64,000 nucleotides of DNA. Origin: an uncultured Acidimicrobiia bacterium (lineage in GTDB: Bacteria > Actinomycetota > Acidimicrobiia > Spongiisociales > Spongiisociaceae). Under the pieces are notes generated by a model. That model worked only from the letters and a program-made list of their open reading frames with translations. It was not told where the DNA came from and made no database searches. The position numbers were made by a program, and so were the translations under genes. Position 1 is the stretch's first letter; every line of letters begins with the position of its first letter. The DNA lies in NCBI GenBank assembly GCA_964516495.1, contig CAZEZF010000001.1:10041-74040 (forward strand), in the 5' to 3' direction. Below are positions 38,123-46,827 of the stretch, piece after piece.

Positions 38123-39340
38123 GTGGGCGCGTCCCCTGGCGGTAATGTGGCAGGCATGAGCATCTGGCCCTTGGACCCTTCTGTAAGCCATCTGAACCAT
38201 GGTTCGTTCGGGGCGACTCCCACGCCTGTGCTGGAGGCGCAGAAGCGCCTGCGGGACCTGATGGAGAAGAACCCGACTCGCTTCATGCTTGAGCGTTACC
38301 AACCTGCTCTGGATGCGGCCCGGCAGCGAGTCGCCCACTTTGTGGGGGCGGATCCGGCCGGGTTCGTGTTTGTAAACAATGCAACATCAGGCGTGAATGC
38401 GGTCATGCGTTCCCTCGAGCCCACCCTGCAAAGCGGTGATGAGATACTGATCACCAACCACGGATACAACGCCTGTAACAATGTGGCGGCCGTCGGCGCG
38501 GCGCGTTCCGGCGCCCGGGTGGTCACCGCATCCTTTCCCTTCCCTATCCGTGAGGCTCGTCAGGTGACGGAGGCGATCATGGACAGGGTGACGCCTCGGA
38601 CACGCCTGTTGCTTATCGACGCCGTGACCTCGCCCACCGCCCTGGTGTTGCCGATTCAGGAACTGGTAGGCGCTCTCGAGCCGGAGGTCGAGGTTCTGGT
38701 GGATGCGGCCCACGCCCCGGGGATGATCCACCTGGATCTCTCGGCTCTCGGCGCTTCTTACGTAGTGGCCAACTGTCACAAGTGGATGTGCTCCCCGAAA
38801 GGCGCCGGATTCCTGTACGTCCGGGAGGATCGCCGTCCGAAGATCTATCCGGCGGTTATCAGCCACGGCTACAACGACGGTTGGCCATCCGTGGGAGGGC
38901 ATATCCAGAAGCAATTCGACTGGACCGGAACAGATGATCCAACCGCCTGGTTGACTGTGCCGGATGCGTTGGATGTTGTGGGGTCCCTTCAGCCGGATGG
39001 TTGGGAGGGGGTCAGGCGTACCAACCGGGACCTGTGCCTGGCGGCTCGCGATCTATTGCTGGCTGCGCTTGAAATAGATCAGCCCGCTCCCGACGCGATG
39101 ATCGGTTCCATTGCGTCTGCGCCGCTCCCGCCGGCGCAGGGTTCTCATCGTGGGATACTTGATCCGCTGATGGTCGACCTCAGGGACAGGTGGGCGATTG
39201 AAGTCATCGCTTTCAGTTGGCCGACTCCTCCCGGCAGGTTGCTCCGCATCTCGGCCCATCAATACAACCGAATCGAGGAGTTCGAGCGGTTGGCTCAGGC
39301 CCTCCGGGCCGAGTTGGCCCGGGAGCGGAGAATCGGATAG
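38123..39340 (+). CDS. class V aminotransferase (cysteine desulfurase / isopenicillin-N epimerase-like)
   Basis: PLP fold with lysine region ...ANCHKWMCSPKG. The likely start is the internal ATG at 38156 (MSIWPLDP). Confidence 0.7.
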   Translation: MGASPGGNVAGMSIWPLDPSVSHLNHGSFGATPTPVLEAQKRLRDLMEKNPTRFMLERYQPALDAARQRVAHFVGADPAGFVFVNNATSGVNAVMRSLEPTLQSGDEILITNHGYNACNNVAAVGAARSGARVVTASFPFPIREARQVTEAIMDRVTPRTRLLLIDAVTSPTALVLPIQELVGALEPEVEVLVDAAHAPGMIHLDLSALGASYVVANCHKWMCSPKGAGFLYVREDRRPKIYPAVISHGYNDGWPSVGGHIQKQFDWTGTDDPTAWLTVPDALDVVGSLQPDGWEGVRRTNRDLCLAARDLLLAALEIDQPAPDAMIGSIASAPLPPAQGSHRGILDPLMVDLRDRWAIEVIAFSWPTPPGRLLRISAHQYNRIEEFERLAQALRAELARERRIG

Positions 39341-39353
39341 CCGGTGACCGTCA

Positions 39354-40199
39354 TCATCGAAGGCCTATGAAAAGGTCGTTCTCCCGGAACGGAGCGTCCA
39401 CTCGTGAGTACAGGCGCTGGAAGGCTTCGACACCGATAGTGGCGGGCACGTCCTTTTCGGGTACCTGAAGCATGAACCAGTCCTCCGGGATCTGGGTACG
39501 GTGCGCTCGCAGGGCCCTTACCTTACGGTCCACCCATGGAGTGATATCGATCATGGTGGTGATCTCTTCGTCGGGCGTGCCCCATCCTGCCGAGTTCTCT
39601 GCTTCTTCCCGGGTGATTTGACCGGCTTCAAGACGTGCCGCCGTGAGGGCCGCGGCGCGGGAGCGGGGCCAGGTACTCATGTAGAGTTTACTGATCTTCC
39701 ACGGCTCTTCTCCATCGTCGAGAGGGAACCGCGCGATGTCATCCACCCCGAAGAAGGCCGCCATCCCCACCCGGTGGACCTGAATATGGTCAGGATGGCC
39801 GTAACCCCCGAAAGGATCGTAGATGGTCAACACTTCCGGTGTGTAACGCCTGAGTATCCGTACCAGTCGCTCGGTCGCCTCCATGAAATCGGCCTGCCAG
39901 AAGCTGTCCGGATGCTGATTGGGCTCGGTTCCCATCATTCCCGAGTCCCGGTAGCCGAGGAAGTGATGGTTGGGCACTCCCAGGATCACCAACGCCTCGG
40001 CTATCTCCTTTGCTCGCATCTCCACTAGGTGAGGTCGGAGTTCATCGGGGTTGTCGTAGTTGTGTATCTCGCCTTCTGCGCCGTCCGTGGCGGTGACCAC
40101 CACCACCTGTTCGCCCATTTCGGCGTATTTGGCCAGCACGCCTCCGGTGGAGGTGATCTCATCGTCAGGATGGGCATGGAAGGCAAACAGTCCGGGCAT
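39354..40199 (-). CDS. PIG-L family deacetylase (MshB/Mca-like, mycothiol metabolism family)
   Basis: N-terminal AHPDDE zinc-binding motif (HAHPDDEITSTGG). Confidence 0.7.
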   Translation of the reverse strand: MPGLFAFHAHPDDEITSTGGVLAKYAEMGEQVVVVTATDGAEGEIHNYDNPDELRPHLVEMRAKEIAEALVILGVPNHHFLGYRDSGMMGTEPNQHPDSFWQADFMEATERLVRILRRYTPEVLTIYDPFGGYGHPDHIQVHRVGMAAFFGVDDIARFPLDDGEEPWKISKLYMSTWPRSRAAALTAARLEAGQITREEAENSAGWGTPDEEITTMIDITPWVDRKVRALRAHRTQIPEDWFMLQVPEKDVPATIGVEAFQRLYSRVDAPFRENDLFIGLR

Positions 40200-40303
40200 T
40201 ACCTCTCCGGTTCGCTAATCAGTTTGTCGGCCAGACAGGATAGATGGATTACGGGTCGTTCCCGCCGGGCTTCACAAGCCCGATGGGGGAAGACCCATGG
40301 ATG

Positions 40304-41314
40304 TCATCCCCCTATATAACTCATCTCGACTTTGGGGAGGCCGACCGTGGCCTCGGAGCGGATCTCCGAGTAACGGTCACGTCTTGTGCGCCAGACCGTG
40401 CTCACCAGTTCTACGATATCGTCCTCGGATCCGCCCGCCCGCAAGACTTTGCGGAGGTCGTGTCCGGTCCAGGCGAACAGGCAGGTGTAGAGCATTCCTT
40501 CCGCCGAGACGCGCGCTCTCGTGCAGGTATCGCAGAACGGTTGTGTCACGGATGTGATGAACCCGATCTCCCCCTGCCCGTCCACATATTGCCACCTTCG
40601 AGCAACCTCGCCGCGGTAGTTGGGATCTACAGGACGGATGGGAAACTCTCTGTTGATCGTGCGGATCAGTTCCGGAGCCGGAACAACGTCGTCCATACAC
40701 CATCCGTTGGTGGCGCCGACATCCATGTACTCGATGAACCGGACGATATGGCCTGTGCCCCGGAAGTGTCGCGCCATGTCCACCACACCATGGTCATTGA
40801 CCCCTCGCTTGACTACCGCGTTGACCTTGACCGGCAAACCCGCCGAGGCGGCCGCATCTATACCGGCAAGTACGGATGAGACCGGGAAACCTACATCGTT
40901 CATGGCCATGAAGGTGTCGTCGTCGATCGCATCGAGCGATACCGTTATTCGTGACAAGCCGGCTTCTGCAAGGGCGGTGGCCTTGCGCTCCAGTAGGGAT
41001 GCGTTGGTGGTCAGGGTTACCTCGCATCCGGTGGAGTTCACCAGCATCGCTATCAGCTTCTCGATCCCCTTGCGGAGGAGCGGCTCCCCTCCGGTCAGCC
41101 TGATCTTCCGCACTCCCAGCCGCTCGCAGGAGCGTGCGACGGTCAGCAACTCTTCAAAGCTCAGCAGCAGATCTCGTTTGAGGAATATGTAGTCACGGGT
41201 GAAGATCTCGGCCGGCATGCAGTAACGACATCTGAAGTTGCACCGGTCGGTCACCGATAGCCGGAGGTCCCGCAGGGGACGGCGCAGACGGTCGCGGAGC
41301 ATGGTGTCCATCAT
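40304..41314 (-). CDS. moaA: GTP 3',8-cyclase MoaA (radical SAM)
   Basis: CNFRCRYC radical-SAM cluster motif and the C-terminal second 4Fe-4S cysteines. Confidence 0.85.
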   Translation of the reverse strand: MMDTMLRDRLRRPLRDLRLSVTDRCNFRCRYCMPAEIFTRDYIFLKRDLLLSFEELLTVARSCERLGVRKIRLTGGEPLLRKGIEKLIAMLVNSTGCEVTLTTNASLLERKATALAEAGLSRITVSLDAIDDDTFMAMNDVGFPVSSVLAGIDAAASAGLPVKVNAVVKRGVNDHGVVDMARHFRGTGHIVRFIEYMDVGATNGWCMDDVVPAPELIRTINREFPIRPVDPNYRGEVARRWQYVDGQGEIGFITSVTQPFCDTCTRARVSAEGMLYTCLFAWTGHDLRKVLRAGGSEDDIVELVSTVWRTRRDRYSEIRSEATVGLPKVEMSYIGG

Positions 41315-41535
41315 TGCAGGATAACGGGCCTTCCGGAGTAGGGCCTGATCGGCGGGTCAACGCCGGAAACCATGCTACATGCTGTGGCTTCCCATTCGAT
41401 ATGAAGTTGATTGGTCTCGAATGCTAGTACTAGATATATTAGATAGCAGTATATTATAAACCCGTATGTTCTGTTCAAGCCGCTGTACCCGGTCACCGTT
41501 TCGCCGGATGGCAAGACATCCTCTACGCCATGGTT

Positions 41536-41746
41536 TAAACCTGATTCTTTACGCCCCTGTCACACCGAACTCAAAAAGGCCGCGTCAAGCCCACCACTTT
41601 TGCGCCGCGTCAAGAGATCACCCTGCGGGTGAAGGGTCACACTTCGACCGGGTGAGGCCGCCATCAGCTATCTTCCCAGGTCAGGGAGTTCATTGCATCT
41701 CTCTCGGTTACCCATCCAAACCCCTGCGTAAAAAATTGGGTTTGAG
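41536..41746 (-). repeat. interspersed repeat family copy C (reverse orientation)
   Basis: Reverse complement reads caaacccaattttttacGCAGGGGTTTGGATGGGTAACCGAGAGAG...GCTTGACGCGGCCTTTTTGAGTTCGGTGTGACAGGGGCGTAAAGAATCAGGTTTAAA. Its 5' terminus overlaps the start of the tadE-like gene. Confidence 0.85.
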
Positions 41747-42113
41747 AGGCGAATCGGGTGGAACCTCGGTGGAGTTCTTGGTGGCGATCATGACTGTGCT
41801 GGTCGTGATGGTGTTCTTGTTCAACGCTATCTTCATGCTGTACGCCAGGTCCGTAGCCCACCACGCCGCCTACCTCGGCGCCCGCAGCGCCGCCCGTCCG
41901 GGTGGAAGCGAGGCTTCGTGCGAGTCGGTTGTAGGCGCCACCTTCGAGTCACTCGCCTCCATGTACGCCGATGACACCTCAGTGCGGTGTATAAGGGGTT
42001 CGACCGTTACCTCGGCCACGGTCCGCGCCGACCTGGGTCCCGTATTCGGTGACCTGGGACCGCGGTGGCGATTCACCATCCGCGGTTCCGCCGTGACGGA
42101 GCCGTTCTCTTGA
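41736..42113 (+). CDS. TadE-like pseudopilin family protein
   Basis: TTG start. GGTSVEFLVAIMTVLVVMVF matches the TadE N-terminal motif (V/A-E-F then a TM segment). Confidence 0.6.
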   Translation: MGLRGESGGTSVEFLVAIMTVLVVMVFLFNAIFMLYARSVAHHAAYLGARSAARPGGSEASCESVVGATFESLASMYADDTSVRCIRGSTVTSATVRADLGPVFGDLGPRWRFTIRGSAVTEPFS

Positions 42114-42136
42114 CCTTCGAGAGGCGCCTATTCAGG

Positions 42137-42556
42137 ATGCATCATCAAGAGGGCGCCGGCGCTGTCGAGTTGGTCCTGGCGGTGGCCTTGCTGATGTTCC
42201 CGATCTCCCTGTTGCTGCTGACCCTACCCATCCTGGCGGAGTATCGTTCGGTCGGCGACGCGGCGGCTCGAGAAGCTACCCGAGCCTGCGCCATCGCGAA
42301 CAACCCGCAGAGCGGGACGGAGAACTCCGAGCGTATTGTCCGGCGAATCATCGCCGAACGAGGCCTGGCGACCGAGGACACAACCGTCGAAACCGACTGT
42401 GCGACTGCGTGGAGACCCGGCGGGGTAGTCACCGTTTCGGTCTCGTTTCAAGTACCGGCCATGCAGCTCCCCGGGATCGGTGAAGTCGGGAGGATGACGA
42501 TCCGGCGCACCTATTCCGAACGTATAGAGTTCTACCGGAGCGAGCCGAGCCGATGA
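42137..42556 (+). CDS. TadE-like pseudopilin family protein 2
   Basis: MHHQEGAGAVELVLAVALLMFPISLLLL has the same N-terminal motif class. Start chosen at ATG 42137. Confidence 0.55.
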   Translation: MHHQEGAGAVELVLAVALLMFPISLLLLTLPILAEYRSVGDAAAREATRACAIANNPQSGTENSERIVRRIIAERGLATEDTTVETDCATAWRPGGVVTVSVSFQVPAMQLPGIGEVGRMTIRRTYSERIEFYRSEPSR

Positions 42557-42990
42557 AGAACGTCGGACGCAGAGGGTTGACCGAGGAGAGTGGTTCCGTC
42601 ACTCTGTGGGTCCTGGGTTTCGTAATGGTTCTGTTCTTCGCAGGGGCTCTGACCATGGATATGTGGCGGGTGGTTTCCTATCACGGAACGTTGGTGGGAA
42701 TCGCCGACAAGGCGGCAATTGCCGGAGCGACCCGGATAGATGTCGAGTCGCTGTACGGCAACCTCATCGTGTTGGTTCCCGAGGGCGCCGAAAGAGCGGC
42801 GAAGGACTTCGCCCGAAGCCAACCTCACTGGGATGAAGAGTCCATGACGGTCCTGGCCTACGCCGATCGATCACAGGTGTCGGTAGAGGTGACCGGAATC
42901 GTTCAACTCAGCCTGTTCAAACTCTTCGCGCCGTCCCGGGGAATCGTCTTGAACGTTCGGAGCGACGCCTCTCCGGCAATCTTCACCTAA
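42553..42990 (+). CDS. TadG-like (Tad_N domain) pilus-assembly protein
   Basis: ESGSVTLWVLGFVMVLFFAGALTMDMWRVVSYHGTL matches the Flp-pilus TadG-like N-terminal domain. It overlaps the previous gene by 4 nt. Confidence 0.6.
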   Translation: MKNVGRRGLTEESGSVTLWVLGFVMVLFFAGALTMDMWRVVSYHGTLVGIADKAAIAGATRIDVESLYGNLIVLVPEGAERAAKDFARSQPHWDEESMTVLAYADRSQVSVEVTGIVQLSLFKLFAPSRGIVLNVRSDASPAIFT

Positions 42991-43199
42991 CTAACCCCAA
43001 TTTTTCATGCAGGGGTTTGGATGGGTAACCGAGAGAGGTGAAATTAACCACATGACCTGGGAAGATAGCTGCGTGACGGCCTCGTCTGGACGGGGCGCCC
43101 CTATCACCCGGAGGTGAAGGCCGGGACATCCCGTGAAAGTGGGCTTGACGTGGCCTTTTTGAGTTCGGTGTGTCTGGGGCATGAAGAATCAGTGCTAAC
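42991..43199 (+). repeat. interspersed repeat family copy D (forward, starts 1 nt after the tadG-like stop)
   Basis: ctaaccccaatttttcatGCAGGGGTTTGGATGGGTAACCGAGAGAG...GCTTGACGTGGCCTTTTTGAGTTCGGTGTGTCTGGGGCATGAAGAATCAGTGCTAAC. It is inverted relative to copy C. Confidence 0.85.
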
Positions 43200-43234
43200 T
43201 ACAGACCGGTCGTGTGCGGGGAGACACAAACCGA

Positions 43235-43483
43235 CTATTCGCCGGCCGGGGAAGCCTTTCGGGTCTCTCGGTCGGTGTTCTGTTCTGTCTGGTTGGTCGA
43301 GCGGCGCCAAGAGGTGAACAAAGGGCCCATCAGGGCGGCGCCGATCAGGATCACCACTGTAGGTAGGAACCACCTGGGAATGGAAAACAGCCATCCTCGT
43401 ACCGGGAAGGCGATCCAGGCTGCCAGCAGGATCAGGATCGAACCGAACAGTAGCGAGAATATGTTGAACGGGTGGCGTTTCAT
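43235..43483 (-). CDS. small two-TM membrane protein downstream of the PspC-domain gene
   Basis: MKRHPFNIFSLLFGSILILLAAWIAFPVRGWLFSIPRWFLPTVVILIGAALMGPLF.... The ORF-track 174-aa version has an Arg/Pro-rich extension that overlaps the next gene. Confidence 0.4.
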   Translation of the reverse strand: MKRHPFNIFSLLFGSILILLAAWIAFPVRGWLFSIPRWFLPTVVILIGAALMGPLFTSWRRSTNQTEQNTDRETRKASPAGE

Positions 43484-43505
43484 TTGCGCTCCTCCTTGCC
43501 CACGA

Positions 43506-44870
43506 TCACATACCCCTACCCGAGCCGGAAGTCCGGCGATTGGAGGGGGCGAAGGTGTGGTGAATCGAATGGCGGTCGTGAATCGAATGGTTTGAATACG
43601 AGTCGGATCGCCTCCATCCGCTGTCGGACAGGTGAGACGTCCCTTCGGCGCCGGGCCGGTACGCGTCGGTATCGAAGTACTGTCGGCCGTCCATTGACCG
43701 GGTGACGACCCTGATCTGTCCGATTCCCGCATTGGCGCGGATCCGTAACTCCCCATCATGTCCGGCTAGCGTGTGTCGAGAGTGGACTCCGAAACCGCCC
43801 CGCGTCCGGTCGTTGACGCTCAAGCTACCGATACCGACCTCCCCATAAACCACCGCCGACACGTCTTCGGGGAGATAGACCAGCACCTCCCCTATTCCCA
43901 CTTCCATCTCTGTCTCAACTGTCCGCCCGGCGAAGTCAACCTCCCGGAGGTCGATCTCCAACGTACCGATGACCAGCTCGTATTCGCTGCGTATGTACTC
44001 CACGGATGTGATCCGATGGTAGGAATGTACGGTCTCGAAAGAACCGCGACCGATGGAAGAGTCGCCGTCAACGAGGTCCGCCAGCGGGGAGAGCAGGAGG
44101 AATGGAATCACGAGTACTCCCAGAACCGCCAAGCCGCCGGTACGACCGAACCAAGCCCCGATGACCAGCCCGATTCCGATGACTGCTACCAGCAATGCCA
44201 GGTAGTGGCGGGGTAAGGGATGGAAACCGGGAACCACCGCATCGAGCAGGCCGAGGACGCCTAACGCCAGCACTCCGCCTCCCAGCGTCACCCGACCGAG
44301 GTAGGAGGTTTCCTTTTCCTTTGCCGGTGGAGGGATCGGTGGATCCACCGCCTCGGTATCGGGTAGGCTTTCGGTCGAGGGAACCGCTTCTTCCTTACCT
44401 TCGTCGACGCCCTCGACAGCGGGAGGTGGGGTCGGCGTCGACGCTTCATCTATTCCGGTCTTGGAGGGAGCGTCATCCCCTCCATCACTCCGTTGGTCCA
44501 GGTCGCCGCGGTAGAGCATTACTCCCAGACCGATCAACACTACCGCGAAGGCCAGATCCACCCGGATCAGCCCGGTGCGGGAAGCCAGTATGACCACCGC
44601 GACACCAACGAGAATCACGCCCCACCAACGACGGGACTGGTCGGCGCCTAACCAGGTTTGAATGATCGCCTCGGTCTCGCCCTCTTTAGGGATCAGCAGC
44701 CATCCTGCAACGTACAGGAGAGCCCCCACCCCCCCGGCGAAGCAAAGTAGCAGGATGACGATCCTGATTATCCAGACGGGCGCCCCGAACCGTTTACCCA
44801 GACCGGTAGCGACTCCCGCCAGCCAGCGACCTTCGAGAGGCCGGTTTAGTGATGTAGTTGCGTTGCTCAT
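43506..44870 (-). CDS. PspC domain-containing membrane protein
   Basis: N-terminal PspC domain (RPLEGRWLAGVATGLGKRFGAPVWIIRIVILLL) then multiple TM segments, a Pro/Glu-rich linker and a C-terminal beta-rich domain. Confidence 0.7.
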   Translation of the reverse strand: MSNATTSLNRPLEGRWLAGVATGLGKRFGAPVWIIRIVILLLCFAGGVGALLYVAGWLLIPKEGETEAIIQTWLGADQSRRWWGVILVGVAVVILASRTGLIRVDLAFAVVLIGLGVMLYRGDLDQRSDGGDDAPSKTGIDEASTPTPPPAVEGVDEGKEEAVPSTESLPDTEAVDPPIPPPAKEKETSYLGRVTLGGGVLALGVLGLLDAVVPGFHPLPRHYLALLVAVIGIGLVIGAWFGRTGGLAVLGVLVIPFLLLSPLADLVDGDSSIGRGSFETVHSYHRITSVEYIRSEYELVIGTLEIDLREVDFAGRTVETEMEVGIGEVLVYLPEDVSAVVYGEVGIGSLSVNDRTRGGFGVHSRHTLAGHDGELRIRANAGIGQIRVVTRSMDGRQYFDTDAYRPGAEGTSHLSDSGWRRSDSYSNHSIHDRHSIHHTFAPSNRRTSGSGRGM

Positions 44871-44992
44871 GTTCCAACTATCGTCTGTCTGCGAAGATCT
44901 GGGTATAGGGGATCACCCTGAAGAATCCCTGTATCGGAAATGATCGGTACAGGTGCATTCCCCATTGTCGGACCCGGTCGGTTAGTGGGACA

Positions 44993-46192
44993 ATGACCTG
45001 TATGGAAACCGGCGGAACTTCTCGATCACAGCGCATCATCGGTAACCTTTCGAGAAGGCGGAACGGCCGCCTGATCGCGGGGGTGGCCGGAGGTATCGCC
45101 GACCGGCTCGGCGTGGCCGATCTCTACGTTCGGGCCGGTTTCCTGGCGCTGGCGCTCATCTGGGGTATCGGGATAATCGTCTACCTGGGGTTGTGGGCGA
45201 TCACTCTTGACCGAACCGAGGACTCGGAACCCCCCCGGAGTGAGGATGATCAGCAAAGGGCGGGTTTCCTGTTGGTGTTCGCCGGCGCCTTGCTGGTCTT
45301 GCGCACGCTCGGGATTTGGAGCGGAGATGGTCTGGTATGGCCGGGCGCGGCGGTGATTATTGGGGTCGCCTTCTTGATGGATCGGCGTGACATCGACCCC
45401 CCCACGGCCATCCTGGCCCAATTCGACCCGAACAGCGGACGCATCCGCACCCGCACTGTTATCGGGATGCTACTCCTGGTCGTCGGTCTATCCATCCTCG
45501 GCGCCACAGCCGGCCGGGCGGTTGAGACCGTGTTGCTGGCGGTTCTGGTTACCGGAGTGGGGATGGCGGTGCTGTTCGGTCCATGGGTATGGAGGCTGGT
45601 GGCGGACCTGGGCGCCGAGCGGGGTCGGCGGATCCGTGAGGAGGAGCGCGCCCGTATGGCCGCCCATCTGCACGACTCCGTCCTCCAGACCCTGGCTCTG
45701 ATCCAGCGGACGGATGATCCGCGGCGGGTGGTTACCCTGGCCCGGGTTCAGGAACGGGAGTTGCGTCGCTGGCTTTACGGTTCGACCCCGGAGGAAGGCC
45801 GGGATCTGCTGTCTCGCGTCTTGCAGAAGGAAGTGGACCGGATCGAGAAGAACTTCGACATCCCGGTGGAATTGGTGACGGTGGGTGATCGACCGATGGA
45901 CCGCCGGATACAGGCCATGGTGGCGGCGGCGGGTGAGGCGCTTACCAATGCCGCCCGGCATTCAGGCGCCCGGCAGATATCGATCTACTCCGAGGTGGAC
46001 GAAGACTCGACCGATATCTGGGTCTCCGATCTCGGCGAGGGCTTCGATTTGGGTCGGGTAGCCGCCGACCGGCGGGGTATAGCCGAATCGATCATCGCCA
46101 GGATGGAAAGCCACGGCGGGACCGCTCAGGTTGTTTCCGCACCGGGAGAAGGAACCGAGGTGCATCTTCGGCTGTCGGGGGAACCCGGATGA
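44993..46192 (+). CDS. sensor histidine kinase with N-terminal PspC domain (LiaS/VraS-like)
   Basis: PspC motif (RNGRLIAGVAGGIADRLGV), TM segments, HisKA_3 region (RMAAHLHDSVLQTL) and an HATPase_c C-terminus. Confidence 0.75.
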   Translation: MTCMETGGTSRSQRIIGNLSRRRNGRLIAGVAGGIADRLGVADLYVRAGFLALALIWGIGIIVYLGLWAITLDRTEDSEPPRSEDDQQRAGFLLVFAGALLVLRTLGIWSGDGLVWPGAAVIIGVAFLMDRRDIDPPTAILAQFDPNSGRIRTRTVIGMLLLVVGLSILGATAGRAVETVLLAVLVTGVGMAVLFGPWVWRLVADLGAERGRRIREEERARMAAHLHDSVLQTLALIQRTDDPRRVVTLARVQERELRRWLYGSTPEEGRDLLSRVLQKEVDRIEKNFDIPVELVTVGDRPMDRRIQAMVAAAGEALTNAARHSGARQISIYSEVDEDSTDIWVSDLGEGFDLGRVAADRRGIAESIIARMESHGGTAQVVSAPGEGTEVHLRLSGEPG

Positions 46193-46827
46193 TCCGCGTA
46201 TTGGTCGTGGACGATCACCGGATATTCCTGTCCGGCGTGGAGGCGGAGTTGACGGACAGGGATGGTATTACGGTGACCGGAACCGCCGAGGATGTGGATG
46301 TGGCCCTTGACTCCCTCCGGAGCGATCCTCCCGATGTGGCGCTCGTTGACGTCCATATGCCGGGCGGAGGCGGTCTCGCCATAGTCGAGAACCTCGGGGA
46401 GACCAATCCTGAAGTGAAGTTCTTGGCGCTCTCCGTCTCGGATGCGGCCGAGGATGTGATAGCTATGATCCGGGCCGGCGCCCGAGGGTATGTCACCAAG
46501 TCAATCGGTCCGGCGGAGTTGGCCGACGCGATACGGCGGGTACATGAAGGGGATGCGGTGTTCTCCCCCCGGTTGGCCGGGTTCGTCCTGGATGCCTTCT
46601 CGTCCGCTGTCCCGCCGCCGTCCGATCCGGAACTCGATCGGCTCACCGCGCGGGAGAAGGAGGTGCTGAGGCTTATTGCGCGCGGATATCCGTACAAGCA
46701 GGTGGCCAGGAGGCTCTACATCAGTGTCAAGACCGTCGAGTCCCACGTATCCTCGGTTCTGCGAAAACTCCAACTATCGAGTCGCTACGAACTGGCGCGT
46801 TGGGCGACCAAACGCCGGATGGTCTGA
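46189..46827 (+). CDS. LuxR/NarL family response regulator
   Basis: Receiver domain (VLVVDDH ... D ... K) then LuxR HTH LTAREKEVLRLIARGYPYKQVARRLYISVKTVESH. It overlaps the kinase by 4 nt. Confidence 0.85.
   Translation: MIRVLVVDDHRIFLSGVEAELTDRDGITVTGTAEDVDVALDSLRSDPPDVALVDVHMPGGGGLAIVENLGETNPEVKFLALSVSDAAEDVIAMIRAGARGYVTKSIGPAELADAIRRVHEGDAVFSPRLAGFVLDAFSSAVPPPSDPELDRLTAREKEVLRLIARGYPYKQVARRLYISVKTVESHVSSVLRKLQLSSRYELARWATKRRMV

Noticed and set aside
43235-43759. 174-aa version of the small membrane protein ORF
   Set aside because: The upstream 92 codons overlap the 3' end of the PspC-domain gene and are Pro/Arg/Gly-rich. The ORF was trimmed to the ATG at 43483 (MKRHPFNIF).
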